Below are positions 8,457 to 17,300 of a DNA stretch of 64,000 nt, in pieces (within the stretch, counting starts at the first letter, position 1; every line of letters begins with the position of its first letter). The notes below the pieces were generated by a model, which searched no databases, was not told the DNA's origin, and was given only the letters and a program-made list of their open reading frames with translations. Made by a program: the position numbers and the translations under genes. The DNA comes from an uncultured Candidatus Saccharibacteria bacterium (GTDB taxonomy: Bacteria > Patescibacteriota > Doudnabacteria > UBA920), in NCBI GenBank assembly GCA_964436545.1, contig CAYTCJ010000001.1:78392-142391 (forward strand). The letters run 5' to 3'.

Positions 8457-10271
8457 ATGCCCAGTGATTTGAAACAAAATTTACTCGCTAGCGTCCCGGT
8501 TTTACCGCAAGTCCCGCACCCACCCCTTGCGGAGATTTTACATGGAAAAGCGGTCGGGGTAAGTGAGATAACAACACAGAATCTTAGTTTACCTCCCACG
8601 ACTCCAGCTACAACCAGCGAGACGCCATATAAAGGCGTAGGAGGCTTGGGTGATTCACCGGTATTTCAAAAGTTGGTTTTGGTAATTTTAGACGGTTTTG
8701 GTGTAGCCAGTCCTGCCCATGGCAACGCTATTTATCATGCACATCGGCCGACTTTGGATTATTTGGTAGCGAATTTTCCCAGTTTAACTTTGCATGCTTC
8801 CGGGCCTTTGGTGGGATTGCCTTGGGGAGAAATGGGTAATAGCGAGGTGGGGCATTTAAATATTGGCGCCGGTCGAATTGTGGGGCAAGATTTACCCAGA
8901 ATTACCACCAGTATTCAAAACGGGGAATTTTTTAAAAATCCTGCTTTGTTAGATGCCATGGTGCATGTGAATAAATTTAATTCCAAATTGCATTTAATGG
9001 GTATGGTTTCCGCCGGCGGGGTGCATAGTTTAGACCAGCACTTATATGCCCTTTTGTCTTTGGCCGAAGACCAGGGTATTCAAAAGGTTTACATTCATAT
9101 GTTTACCGATGGCCGAGATACGGAAGAAAAAGTGGCTTTGGAAGATATCAAAAAATTAAGGCAAAAAATTGCCAAAATTGGCGTGGGGGAAATTGCCACT
9201 GTTACCGGAAGGTTTTACGCTATGGATAGGGGCGGTCACTGGAACCAGACCACTGCCACTTACGAAGCTTTGGTGTTTGGTAAAGGGGAAATGGCTCATT
9301 CGGCCGAAGACGCGGTTTGGAAAAATTATCAAAATGGCGTTTACGATGAAATGATTAAGCCCACCGTAATTTGTGAAATTGGTCCCGGTGGGGGCGAATA
9401 CCCGGTGGCTAAAATAGACGACAACGACGCAGTGATTTTTTTTAATTTTCGTCCCGACCGAGCCATGCAACTTACTCAAGCCTTTGTGGAGCCGGAAAAA
9501 TTGGCTCAGAATTTTAAACATCCGAGGTTAAAAAATTTGTATTTTGCGACCATGACCGAGTATTCGCAAAATTTAAACATTCCCATTGCCTTTCCCAGAG
9601 TGGATTTAAAAAATAATTTGGCGGAATATTTGGCTAACAACGGCGTGAGCCAATTTCATATTTCGGAAAGTGAAAAATTTGCTCACGTAACTTCTTTTTT
9701 TGATTGTGGAATTACCAACGCTCTACCTAACGAAGAAAGAAAAATTATTGCCAGTCCGGACAACGGGAGAAACTATGTGGATCATCCGGAAATGTCTGCG
9801 GAAGAGCTTACCGATACTTTAGTGAATAAAATTAACAATACCCCGTGCCGGTTTTTTGTTGCCAATTTTGCCAATGCTGATATGGTAGGCCATACGGGTT
9901 CCTTAAAAGCCGGTATAAAAGCGGTGGAATCTTTGGACAAGCAACTCAAACTAATTTTAGAAGCTTGCTTGGAAAATCAGGCTTGCTTGATAATTACGGC
10001 CGATCATGGCAATATTGAACAGTTAATTAATGTGAAAACCGGCAATATAGATAAAGACCATACCACTAATCCGGTGCCATTATTGGTTGCCAATTTGCCA
10101 ATGAAATTTGCAAGCCCTAAAGATAAAAATTTTATGAGTTTATCCGCAGAGGTTCCCGAAGGTGCCATTTGCGATATTGCACCCACGGTTTTGGCTTTAA
10201 TGGGCATGAAAAAACCGGCGGAGATGACAGGGGTGAGTTTAATACCAAGTATTAGAAATTTTAATTTTTAA
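8457..10271 (+). CDS. gpmI: 2,3-bisphosphoglycerate-independent phosphoglycerate mutase with about 65-aa low-complexity N-terminal extension
   Basis: LVILDGFGV, SEVGHLNIGAGR, ANADMVGHTG, TADHGN motifs of iPGM. Confidence 0.9.
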   Translation: MPSDLKQNLLASVPVLPQVPHPPLAEILHGKAVGVSEITTQNLSLPPTTPATTSETPYKGVGGLGDSPVFQKLVLVILDGFGVASPAHGNAIYHAHRPTLDYLVANFPSLTLHASGPLVGLPWGEMGNSEVGHLNIGAGRIVGQDLPRITTSIQNGEFFKNPALLDAMVHVNKFNSKLHLMGMVSAGGVHSLDQHLYALLSLAEDQGIQKVYIHMFTDGRDTEEKVALEDIKKLRQKIAKIGVGEIATVTGRFYAMDRGGHWNQTTATYEALVFGKGEMAHSAEDAVWKNYQNGVYDEMIKPTVICEIGPGGGEYPVAKIDDNDAVIFFNFRPDRAMQLTQAFVEPEKLAQNFKHPRLKNLYFATMTEYSQNLNIPIAFPRVDLKNNLAEYLANNGVSQFHISESEKFAHVTSFFDCGITNALPNEERKIIASPDNGRNYVDHPEMSAEELTDTLVNKINNTPCRFFVANFANADMVGHTGSLKAGIKAVESLDKQLKLILEACLENQACLIITADHGNIEQLINVKTGNIDKDHTTNPVPLLVANLPMKFASPKDKNFMSLSAEVPEGAICDIAPTVLALMGMKKPAEMTGVSLIPSIRNFNF

Positions 10272-10284
10272 TTTTATAAATTAA

Positions 10285-11988
10285 ATGCAGAAAAAGTGGA
10301 AAGTCAAGCCGAAAGTTCCCAGTGAATTAGCATCAAGATATGAAAATTTTGATCCGTTTTTAGCGCAACTGTTATATAATCGGGGACTTACTGAGTCGGA
10401 TCAAATTACAGAATTCTTAAACACCGAATACGAAAGGCTACATAGCCCTTTTTTATTTAAGGATATGAAAAAAGCGGTTAAGCGAATTTGGCAAGCCATT
10501 GAGCAACAGGAAAAAATTTGTATTTACGGCGATTACGATGCCGATGCCATTACGGCCAGTGTGGTTTTACTCCAGACTTTTCGTTATTTGGGGGTGGAAG
10601 CAGGTTACTACATCCCAGACAGGTTTAGCGAAGGTTATGGGATTAATTTGCAAGCTTTGGAAAGTCTTAAAAATCAAGGGGTTAAATTGATTATTACGGT
10701 TGATTGCGGAACTAATGCCCGAGAGGCAGGCGAATGGTGTAAAGAGCATAATATTGATTTGATAATTTCCGACCACCACGAAATTATTGGCGAAATGCCT
10801 AAGGCTTTTGCGCTCATTAATCCTAAAAATCCACAAGAGATGTATCCGGACCGAGAAATTACCGGAGTGGGGGTGGCGTTTAAGGTGGCGTGTGGAATAT
10901 TAAAAAATCAAAAATCAAAAATCAAAAATCAAAATTTTATGGAAGGTTGGGAAAAGTGGCTTTTAGATTTAGTGGCCATTGGCACAGTTGCCGATTGTCA
11001 TAAGCTGTTAGGGGAGAATCGAATTTTGGTGAAGTTTGGTTTAAAGGTATTGGCTAAAACCAAATGGCTCGGGCTTCAAGCGCTTATAGCTTCTGCCGGC
11101 TTGGATTTTAACCGGCAGTTACCCGATACTTATACTTTAGGCTTTGTGCTTGCTCCTCGGCTGAATGCCACGGGTCGGTTAGAGCATGCCGGTTTGGCAG
11201 TAGATTTGTTAATGTGTAGCGATGCCATTAAAGCCCAGCAGTCGGCTATGGCCATTGAACAACTGAATCTCAAGCGCCAAGAAACCACGGCATTAATTTT
11301 GAGCGAGGCCCGAGAGCAGGCTTTGCAAATTCAAAATCGACCGGTGTTGGCCATTATGAATGCGCAGTGGCATAAGGGCGTCGTGGGGTTGGTGGCCGGA
11401 AAATTGGCAGAGGAATTTTACAAACCCACTTTTATTTTGGCACAAGAGGGAGCCGAGGCAACCGGCTCGGCTCGCACAGTGGGTAATTTTAATGTAGTGG
11501 ATGCTTTAACTTATTCCGCTAAACATTTAATTCGTTTTGGGGGGCACAAGCAAGCTGCGGGTTTAAGTTTGGATCCCAATAAGTTTGAAAATTTTTATAT
11601 CAGTCTGCTCGAGTTTGCCAACCAAAATCTAACCGAGGATGATTTATCACCCATATTGGAACTGGAAGCAGAGCTAAATGCTTCTGACCTACAACTTACA
11701 ACTTACAACTTACTCGCAAGCCTAGAGCCTTTTGGAGTGGGCAACTTTAAACCTAAGTTTCTAATTAAATCAGCGGAAATCATTTCGCAAAAACCCGTGG
11801 GTGCCAACCAGCAACATTTACAAATGCAAATTCAAATCGGCAGTAAGGTGATTCCGGCTATTGCGTTTAATTTTTCTCCGGTTAAAATTCCCGGTTTGGT
11901 AGATATAGCTTGTGAGTTGCTATTAGATGAGTGGCAAGGTAGAAAAAATTTAAAACTCAGAGTTATAGATATTATTGGAGTGAGTTAA
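10285..11988 (+). CDS. recJ: Single-stranded-DNA-specific exonuclease RecJ (contains two in-frame short tandem repeats)
   Basis: DHH motifs (YGDYDADAITAS, ISDHHE) and the DHHA1 region; repeat-encoded KNQKSKIKNQN and LQLTTYNLL segments. Confidence 0.85.
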   Translation: MQKKWKVKPKVPSELASRYENFDPFLAQLLYNRGLTESDQITEFLNTEYERLHSPFLFKDMKKAVKRIWQAIEQQEKICIYGDYDADAITASVVLLQTFRYLGVEAGYYIPDRFSEGYGINLQALESLKNQGVKLIITVDCGTNAREAGEWCKEHNIDLIISDHHEIIGEMPKAFALINPKNPQEMYPDREITGVGVAFKVACGILKNQKSKIKNQNFMEGWEKWLLDLVAIGTVADCHKLLGENRILVKFGLKVLAKTKWLGLQALIASAGLDFNRQLPDTYTLGFVLAPRLNATGRLEHAGLAVDLLMCSDAIKAQQSAMAIEQLNLKRQETTALILSEAREQALQIQNRPVLAIMNAQWHKGVVGLVAGKLAEEFYKPTFILAQEGAEATGSARTVGNFNVVDALTYSAKHLIRFGGHKQAAGLSLDPNKFENFYISLLEFANQNLTEDDLSPILELEAELNASDLQLTTYNLLASLEPFGVGNFKPKFLIKSAEIISQKPVGANQQHLQMQIQIGSKVIPAIAFNFSPVKIPGLVDIACELLLDEWQGRKNLKLRVIDIIGVS

Positions 11989-12156
11989 CATTTTATCATT
12001 TTATCATTCTAACATTCTAACATTTTAACATTTTAACATTCTAACATTTTAACATTCTAACATTTTAACATTCTAACATCTTATCATCTTAACATCTTAA
12101 CATTCTAACATGGGTTGTTTTTTGATAGATGATAAAATATTATTATGTTAGAATGA
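11988..12156. repeat. Tandem 8-bp repeat array (CATTYTAA, about 15 units) followed by a short inverted copy
   Basis: cattttaacattctaa... units between recJ and rnhA; 3' segment gatgataaaat...ttagaatg is the reverse complement of the units. Confidence 0.8.
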
Positions 12157-12163
12157 ACTTATT

Positions 12164-12655
12164 ATGAAACTCATTATTTATACCGATGGGGGAGCGCGGG
12201 GTAACCCGGGTCCGGCGGGGATTGGGGTAGTAATCACCAACGAAGCCGGAGAAATTCTTGGTAAACATCAACAATACATTGGTAAAGCTACCAACAATGT
12301 GGCGGAGTATAAGGCGCTCATCCTTGCGCTTCAGAAAGTGCAGGAAATTCTAGATATCAAATATCAAATATCAAATCAGATTCATCTCCCCCCTCCCTTA
12401 CCCTCCCCACAACAAGGGGGAGGGAATTTGAATCTGGAAATTAGAATGGATAGTGAGTTGATTGTTCGGCAGATGCAGGGGAGGTATAAAATCAAAGACC
12501 CCACACTTCAGGTTTTGGCGGGTCAGGTATTAACTTTAATTAAAAATTTTCATCTCGTGAATTTTACGCACATCCCCAGAGCGCAAAATCAGGAGGCTGA
12601 TACTTTAGTTAACTCAGCGATCGATGCTTATTTAGCGCAGGCTAATGAAGTTTAA
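12164..12655 (+). CDS. rnhA: Ribonuclease HI with about 24-aa repeat/hairpin-encoded insertion
   Basis: IYTDGGARGNPGPAGIGVVI, NNVAEYKALILAL and MDSELIVRQM motifs; insertion ILDIKYQISNQIHLPPPLPSPQQGGGNLNLE lies between conserved blocks. Confidence 0.85.
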   Translation: MKLIIYTDGGARGNPGPAGIGVVITNEAGEILGKHQQYIGKATNNVAEYKALILALQKVQEILDIKYQISNQIHLPPPLPSPQQGGGNLNLEIRMDSELIVRQMQGRYKIKDPTLQVLAGQVLTLIKNFHLVNFTHIPRAQNQEADTLVNSAIDAYLAQANEV

Positions 12656-13954
12656 GTCGCGGTCATCTAAAATCCATAAAGTCTTTTTATCTTCCGACAA
12701 GAAGCAGGTTTTAATATTTTTGCCCGAATAGAGCAAGAATTGGTTGGGTGTTGGCTCAGAGCTTAATTCTGAGGCGTAAATTTGGTTTTGGTGAGTAAAG
12801 ATGACATAGTCTAAATCTTCTTCAATCATCGGGTGGAGCAGTGAATAGTTAGGGAGGGAGGCGGAGGAGAGTTGGTTTTTTTGGTTAAGGTAAAAGAAGG
12901 ATTGATTAGTTTGCCAAATAAGTCCGTTAGTGGGGCTACTTAGGGCTTGAGTAAAGGTGCGGGAAATTTCCACTAAGTTTCCGGTTTCTAGACCGAATTG
13001 GTATAAATTTTGGGCGGAATGGAAATAGACGAATTTTTTATTAACCGAGTTTAGTGTAATGGATTTTAACGGGGAGGGTAGTGTGTAGAGAGTTTGGAGG
13101 TTTTGAGTTTTTACATCTAAACTTTTTAATTCGGCGGATTGGGCGGTTTCGTTTATAAAATAAAGTTTATCTTCTTGATATTGAAAATCAGTCAGGGTTT
13201 CGGTAGTGCTGAGTAGTAAAGGTTTTTTGCTCTTTAGGCTTAAAAGATAGGGTTTATTTTTATCCAGAAAGATAATTTCGCCTTGGTTATTGAGAGTTAA
13301 ATGCGTAGCGGAATTAGGCAGGGTATCGGTAAGGTCTAAAAGTGTTTGGGTATTGAGTTCTACCAGTAAAACCGGTGGTTTTTTTTGAGTTGGCTGGCCG
13401 GTTAACAATAAAAAATTGCCATTGGGGGAAGCTGTAAGTTTATTGGTGACTTTTGGTAAGGTAAGTTTTGCCGGAGTGCTGGAAGAATTATTTTTCTTGA
13501 GCCAATACAAGGTTGTATTATCTACAGCGAACAGCTGGTTGTCTTTTACCCAGAGGTCGTTTAGGTTGGTAAGCAAAGTAGAGGTGGCGCTAGGGGCTCT
13601 GAATAAAATAATTTTTTTGTCTTCGGGTTTGGCCCAAAAAACTTTACTCGGTTCCAGTTTAATGGTGGTTTGCCAAGTTTGGTAATGAGGTTTTTGGGCG
13701 GTTAATAAGTATTGGCCTTGTTGTAAATCGCGAATGTATTTATATTCCGCGTTGCCCAAATTTTGTTCCAAGTTATTTAGGTAAATGGTTGCATCCGCCG
13801 GCTCAATTTTAAAAGCAATAATGCCGGTAGAAATAATTTTTTTGGTATGCCAGTTTAATTTTTTTCCACTCACAAAGAGAATAATTAGCGGTACGGTAAT
13901 GCCAAAAATTATAAAGCCAGCGACAATTAAACTGTATCTAAATTTTTTATTCAT
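12632..13954 (-). CDS. Hypothetical membrane-anchored protein (N-terminal TM, PEGA-like segment, beta-propeller-like C-terminal region)
   Basis: N-terminal hydrophobic helix; PADATIYLNN is PEGA-like; long repeat-like beta-rich tail. Confidence 0.4.
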   Translation of the reverse strand: MNKKFRYSLIVAGFIIFGITVPLIILFVSGKKLNWHTKKIISTGIIAFKIEPADATIYLNNLEQNLGNAEYKYIRDLQQGQYLLTAQKPHYQTWQTTIKLEPSKVFWAKPEDKKIILFRAPSATSTLLTNLNDLWVKDNQLFAVDNTTLYWLKKNNSSSTPAKLTLPKVTNKLTASPNGNFLLLTGQPTQKKPPVLLVELNTQTLLDLTDTLPNSATHLTLNNQGEIIFLDKNKPYLLSLKSKKPLLLSTTETLTDFQYQEDKLYFINETAQSAELKSLDVKTQNLQTLYTLPSPLKSITLNSVNKKFVYFHSAQNLYQFGLETGNLVEISRTFTQALSSPTNGLIWQTNQSFFYLNQKNQLSSASLPNYSLLHPMIEEDLDYVIFTHQNQIYASELSSEPTPNQFLLYSGKNIKTCFLSEDKKTLWILDDRDLNFISLR

Positions 13955-14272
13955 AAGGTTTACGCACTACCATTTTTTTAAACTGGCAAAGCCAGATTTT
14001 CAAAAGTAGTTTTGGTCAATTTCTTCGTTATTTTCTTAAAATTTTACTCATCGTAGGCAGGGCTACGCTTTTGCAAAATCCCTGCCTGCCGGCAGGCAGG
14101 TTAAGCAAATGTCTTGAAATTGCCTCAATGCGTAAGCCCTATTTAAGTAATAGTGTAGCTTAAAACGTGAGTTGTTTCAATATTGGTAATTTGTTATAAT
14201 TGGCTTTGAATTAAGTATGAAGTAGCGGTAATTATTAAATTTTGCTTAATTCTGACTTCTTAATTTTATACT

Positions 14273-15280
14273 ATGTTTGAGAATAAAATCGGAATAGATT
14301 TAGGCACTGCCAATACTCTGGTATTTTTACCCAAAAAGGGCATTATTATTAATGAGCCCACAGTGGTGGCAATTTCCATTGAGGATAATAAAGTGTTGGC
14401 TGTGGGACAAGAAGCTAAAGAAATGCTCGGGCGGACTCCGGAAACCATTGTGGCCAGTCGGCCAATGAAAGATGGGGTAATTGCCGACTATCGGGTAACC
14501 GAAGCCATGCTCAGATACTTTATTAATAAAGCTTTGGGTCGCGTGCGTTTTTTTCGGCCCGAAGTTATGATTAGCGTGCCCGGGGGAATTACTTCTACAG
14601 AAAGGCGAGCAGTAATTGATGCCGGAGTGAGCGCGGGCGCCAGAAGCGCTTACGTGATTAAAGAAACCGTGGCTGCGGCAATTGGTGCCGGCATTCCCAT
14701 TGGGGAAGCGCGGGGTAATTTAATTATTGATATTGGCGGAGGCACCACCGATGTGGCGGTGTTGTCTTTGGGCGGGATTGTAAATTCCACTTCGGCACGC
14801 GTGGCCGGTAACCAAATTGATGCTTCCATTGTGGAATACATTAGAAAGAAACACGGTTTGGCCATTGGGGATAGAACCGCGGAAGAAATTAAAATTACCA
14901 TTGGCAGTGCTTTGCCGGTGTCTGAAGAAGAAGTAATGGAAGTAAAAGGGCGGGATAATTTAACCGGTTTGCCAAAGACCGTAAGTGTTTCCACCAACGA
15001 AATCACTCAAGCGATTCAGGAAGATTTAAAAAATATTGCCCGCGCTGTTAAAGTGGTTTTGCAAGAGACTCCGCCGGAATTAGCCAGCGATGTAATTGAT
15101 CGGGGCATGATTATGACCGGAGGCACTTCTTTATTAAGGAATTTAGACCAATATATTAGCCAAAGTGTGGGAGTGCCCTGTTTCTTGGCCGACGAGCCTT
15201 TATTGTGTGTAGCCAAGGGCACCGGGCTGGCGTTAGATAATTTGGATAGTTATAAAAAGAGTATTTTAAGCTCCAAATAA
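14273..15280 (+). CDS. mreB: Rod shape-determining protein MreB (actin homolog)
   Basis: IGIDLGTANTLVF, IIDIGGGTTDVAV and MIMTGGTSLLRNLD motifs. Confidence 0.95.
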   Translation: MFENKIGIDLGTANTLVFLPKKGIIINEPTVVAISIEDNKVLAVGQEAKEMLGRTPETIVASRPMKDGVIADYRVTEAMLRYFINKALGRVRFFRPEVMISVPGGITSTERRAVIDAGVSAGARSAYVIKETVAAAIGAGIPIGEARGNLIIDIGGGTTDVAVLSLGGIVNSTSARVAGNQIDASIVEYIRKKHGLAIGDRTAEEIKITIGSALPVSEEEVMEVKGRDNLTGLPKTVSVSTNEITQAIQEDLKNIARAVKVVLQETPPELASDVIDRGMIMTGGTSLLRNLDQYISQSVGVPCFLADEPLLCVAKGTGLALDNLDSYKKSILSSK

Positions 15281-15420
15281 AGCTTTCTGCTAGCAAAGGC
15301 TGTTTGAGCGCCGGAGTTTTCCTATAAACCGGAATTAGGCAAAACTAAAAAAGTTTGGTATACTAATGCCATACGCGGTTAAACAAAATTTTTGAAACAA
15401 AAGTCAATACCATTTATAAT

Positions 15421-15915
15421 ATGATCGAGTCATCTCAGGGAAATAGCGGATTTAAAAAATCATTGTATGTTTTTTTATGTTCGCTTTTAGGCATGCTATT
15501 GTTTTTAATTTTGCATCGCTTGTTGGTGATTGGTTATTTTTCTGTAACGAGTAATAATTTAATGCAGACTTTGACCGCTGATCCGATCTTGGAATTGGCG
15601 CTGGAGTATTTGTCTTTATTTTTTGCTGTGTTAGCCGGCAGTTGGTATGGAATATGGCTGGGCCTTGGGTGGTATACTTGGGTTTATGAAAGTGAAAATT
15701 GTCGTCAAGGTTTGGTTGAGCATATTGTTAAAACATATTGGCCCAGTAAAACGGTGAAACATGATTTACACGAAAAAGTAAAAAATTTATCTGAACATTT
15801 GGCAGTGAGTGTGGCGAGTAAAAAAACTGTGGGTGTAAAACCCAAAATTAGTAAACCCAAAGCAATTAAGAAAAAAATCATTCGAAGAACATCTAAGACA
15901 AATGGCAAAGTATAA
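15421..15915 (+). CDS. Hypothetical membrane protein
   Basis: Three or four predicted TM helices and a Lys-rich C-terminus; lies downstream of mreB. Confidence 0.35.
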   Translation: MIESSQGNSGFKKSLYVFLCSLLGMLLFLILHRLLVIGYFSVTSNNLMQTLTADPILELALEYLSLFFAVLAGSWYGIWLGLGWYTWVYESENCRQGLVEHIVKTYWPSKTVKHDLHEKVKNLSEHLAVSVASKKTVGVKPKISKPKAIKKKIIRRTSKTNGKV

Positions 15916-16309
15916 GCTACAATCCGAGGCGTTAATTAGTTTTGGGTCAATCCTCAAATGGGGTTTGGTAATGTGGTTAATTTTGTTTGTATTCAAGTGG
16001 TGGTTTTTGGCTTGGCTGGGGGCTGTGGCTTGGGTAGTGTGGGTGTATTACGTTTTAATTATTTTAGCCAGTCGAAAATTAAGCAGAAAGTTTGGAGTAA
16101 TTAATATTCTGGAAGCCGGATTTATTGGGATTATTTGGGGAATTATGATTTTATTTTTAGATTCTTTGGTGGCCAAAAAATTTTTAGATGCCTCTGTATT
16201 TGTGAATAAGGCATATTGGCTGAGTTATTTTGTAATGTTTGTGTCAGTATTTTTTTTACACCAAAAACGGCATATTGCTATTCGGCAGGAACAAGCGCAT
16301 CACCATTAG
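15902..16309 (+). CDS. Hypothetical multi-TM membrane protein (possibly MreD-like)
   Basis: 135 aa, about four TM helices, position downstream of mreB. Confidence 0.35.
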   Translation: MAKYKLQSEALISFGSILKWGLVMWLILFVFKWWFLAWLGAVAWVVWVYYVLIILASRKLSRKFGVINILEAGFIGIIWGIMILFLDSLVAKKFLDASVFVNKAYWLSYFVMFVSVFFLHQKRHIAIRQEQAHHH

Positions 16310-16488
16310 CAAACTCCCGCACCACCACTTTTTTAAACTGGCAAAGCCAGCTTTATAAAAAGTGGTTTTGGTCAATTTCTTCGTTATTTTTTGAGAATTT
16401 TATTCACCGTAGATAAACTACGCTTCATAAAATTCTCAAAAAATGCCTCGAAATTGACTCAATGCGGTAGTTTGCTTATTAAATTCCA

Positions 16489-16516
16489 TTGACAGTTTAG
16501 CTTAAAATGTTAATAT
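16489..16516 (+). promoter_or_regulatory. Sigma-70-like promoter (TTGACA, 16-nt spacer, TAATAT)
   Basis: Near-consensus -35 and -10 hexamers directly upstream of the T-box-like leader. Confidence 0.5.
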
Positions 16517-16524
16517 ACTTATTA

Positions 16525-16715
16525 AGTAAATAGTATAAAACTATAGCGAAGTCGCGATTCGCTTTTGTTGCTGGTAAAATGTCAGACGGTTAGGCTCGCC
16601 GTAAAAAGAGCAATAAGTGCAGACCGAATTTTCGGATTAAGGCAAAAGCAAGGTGGTACCGCGGGAAAACCCGCCCTTGTGAATAACTTATGGTTATTCT
16701 TAAAGGCGGGTTTTG
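16525..16715 (+). promoter_or_regulatory. T-box-like leader: conserved antiterminator box AAGGUGGUACCGCGG (16648-16665) followed by an intrinsic terminator (16668-16715)
   Basis: 13 of 14 match to the T-box consensus AGGGUGGNACCGCG; downstream hairpin AACCCGCCCTT...AAGGCGGGTTTT. Confidence 0.5.
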
Positions 16716-16747
16716 TAATTGCCCGAAAATTTTGAAGGGAGGAGCTC

Positions 16748-17065
16748 ATGAAAGTAATAACTATGCGGGCTCGTCCCGCGCTCTGTTTAACTTTTTTTCT
16801 TTTCTCCTTTCGGGTGTTTCGGCCCGTAGGGGAAAGCGAATTGAGGGTTCTTTGGTCCAGGTGGACCAGGGAAACAGTGGGAAAAACACTTCCCATACCC
16901 TCCACGAAACTCTCCGTTATACCCCTTAAAAAAGGTGTGGTGGAGGTAACCTTCTCCGGCTCAAGCAAGATGAGCCCGGAGGAAGCTAAAAAAGCCGGCG
17001 AATCGCTGGCAGAATTCTTGCAGTATCATCTGTTTAGTTATTCGCTCTGGCAACAGGGCAAATAA
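16748..17065 (+). CDS. Hypothetical protein downstream of T-box-like leader (coding status uncertain)
   Basis: Strong RBS GGGAGGAG 5 nt before ATG; 105 aa with no recognisable family; the region is also rich in RNA-like hairpins. Confidence 0.3.
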   Translation: MKVITMRARPALCLTFFLFSFRVFRPVGESELRVLWSRWTRETVGKTLPIPSTKLSVIPLKKGVVEVTFSGSSKMSPEEAKKAGESLAEFLQYHLFSYSLWQQGK

Positions 17066-17300
17066 AAAACTGATGATTTCCATGCGCGCTTTAAGTGTTT
17101 CGGAGGACATTTAAGGCGCGCTAAATTTTTATTTGACCCCCGTTAGAAGTTTTATAAACGAGTTATGAGCAATTAATAGAAATCCAAAGCATTGTCTTTA
17201 ACTTCTAACGGGGTTGACAAAAGGTAAACGAAAGTTTACTTTTAAGATATAAACTAATAACTTGCCACAAAACAGTTTTGAGTTATTACTTATTAATTAG

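Noticed and set aside
11988-12156. Possible CRISPR array
   Set aside because: Units are 8 bp with no spacers; this is a simple microsatellite, not a repeat-spacer architecture, and no cas genes are nearby.
16582-16968. 128-aa minus-strand ORF overlapping the T-box leader and downstream ORF
   Set aside because: Overlaps a well-supported promoter and leader and a plus-strand ORF with a strong RBS; no RBS of its own; likely spurious.
16700-17100. Tested for RNase P RNA, tmRNA or SRP RNA in the hairpin-rich region after the first T-box-like leader
   Set aside because: Could not find the P4/CR-I-V, tmRNA acceptor/T-arm or SRP domain-IV consensus by eye; left as an uncharacterised ORF or possible RNA pending a covariance-model scan.
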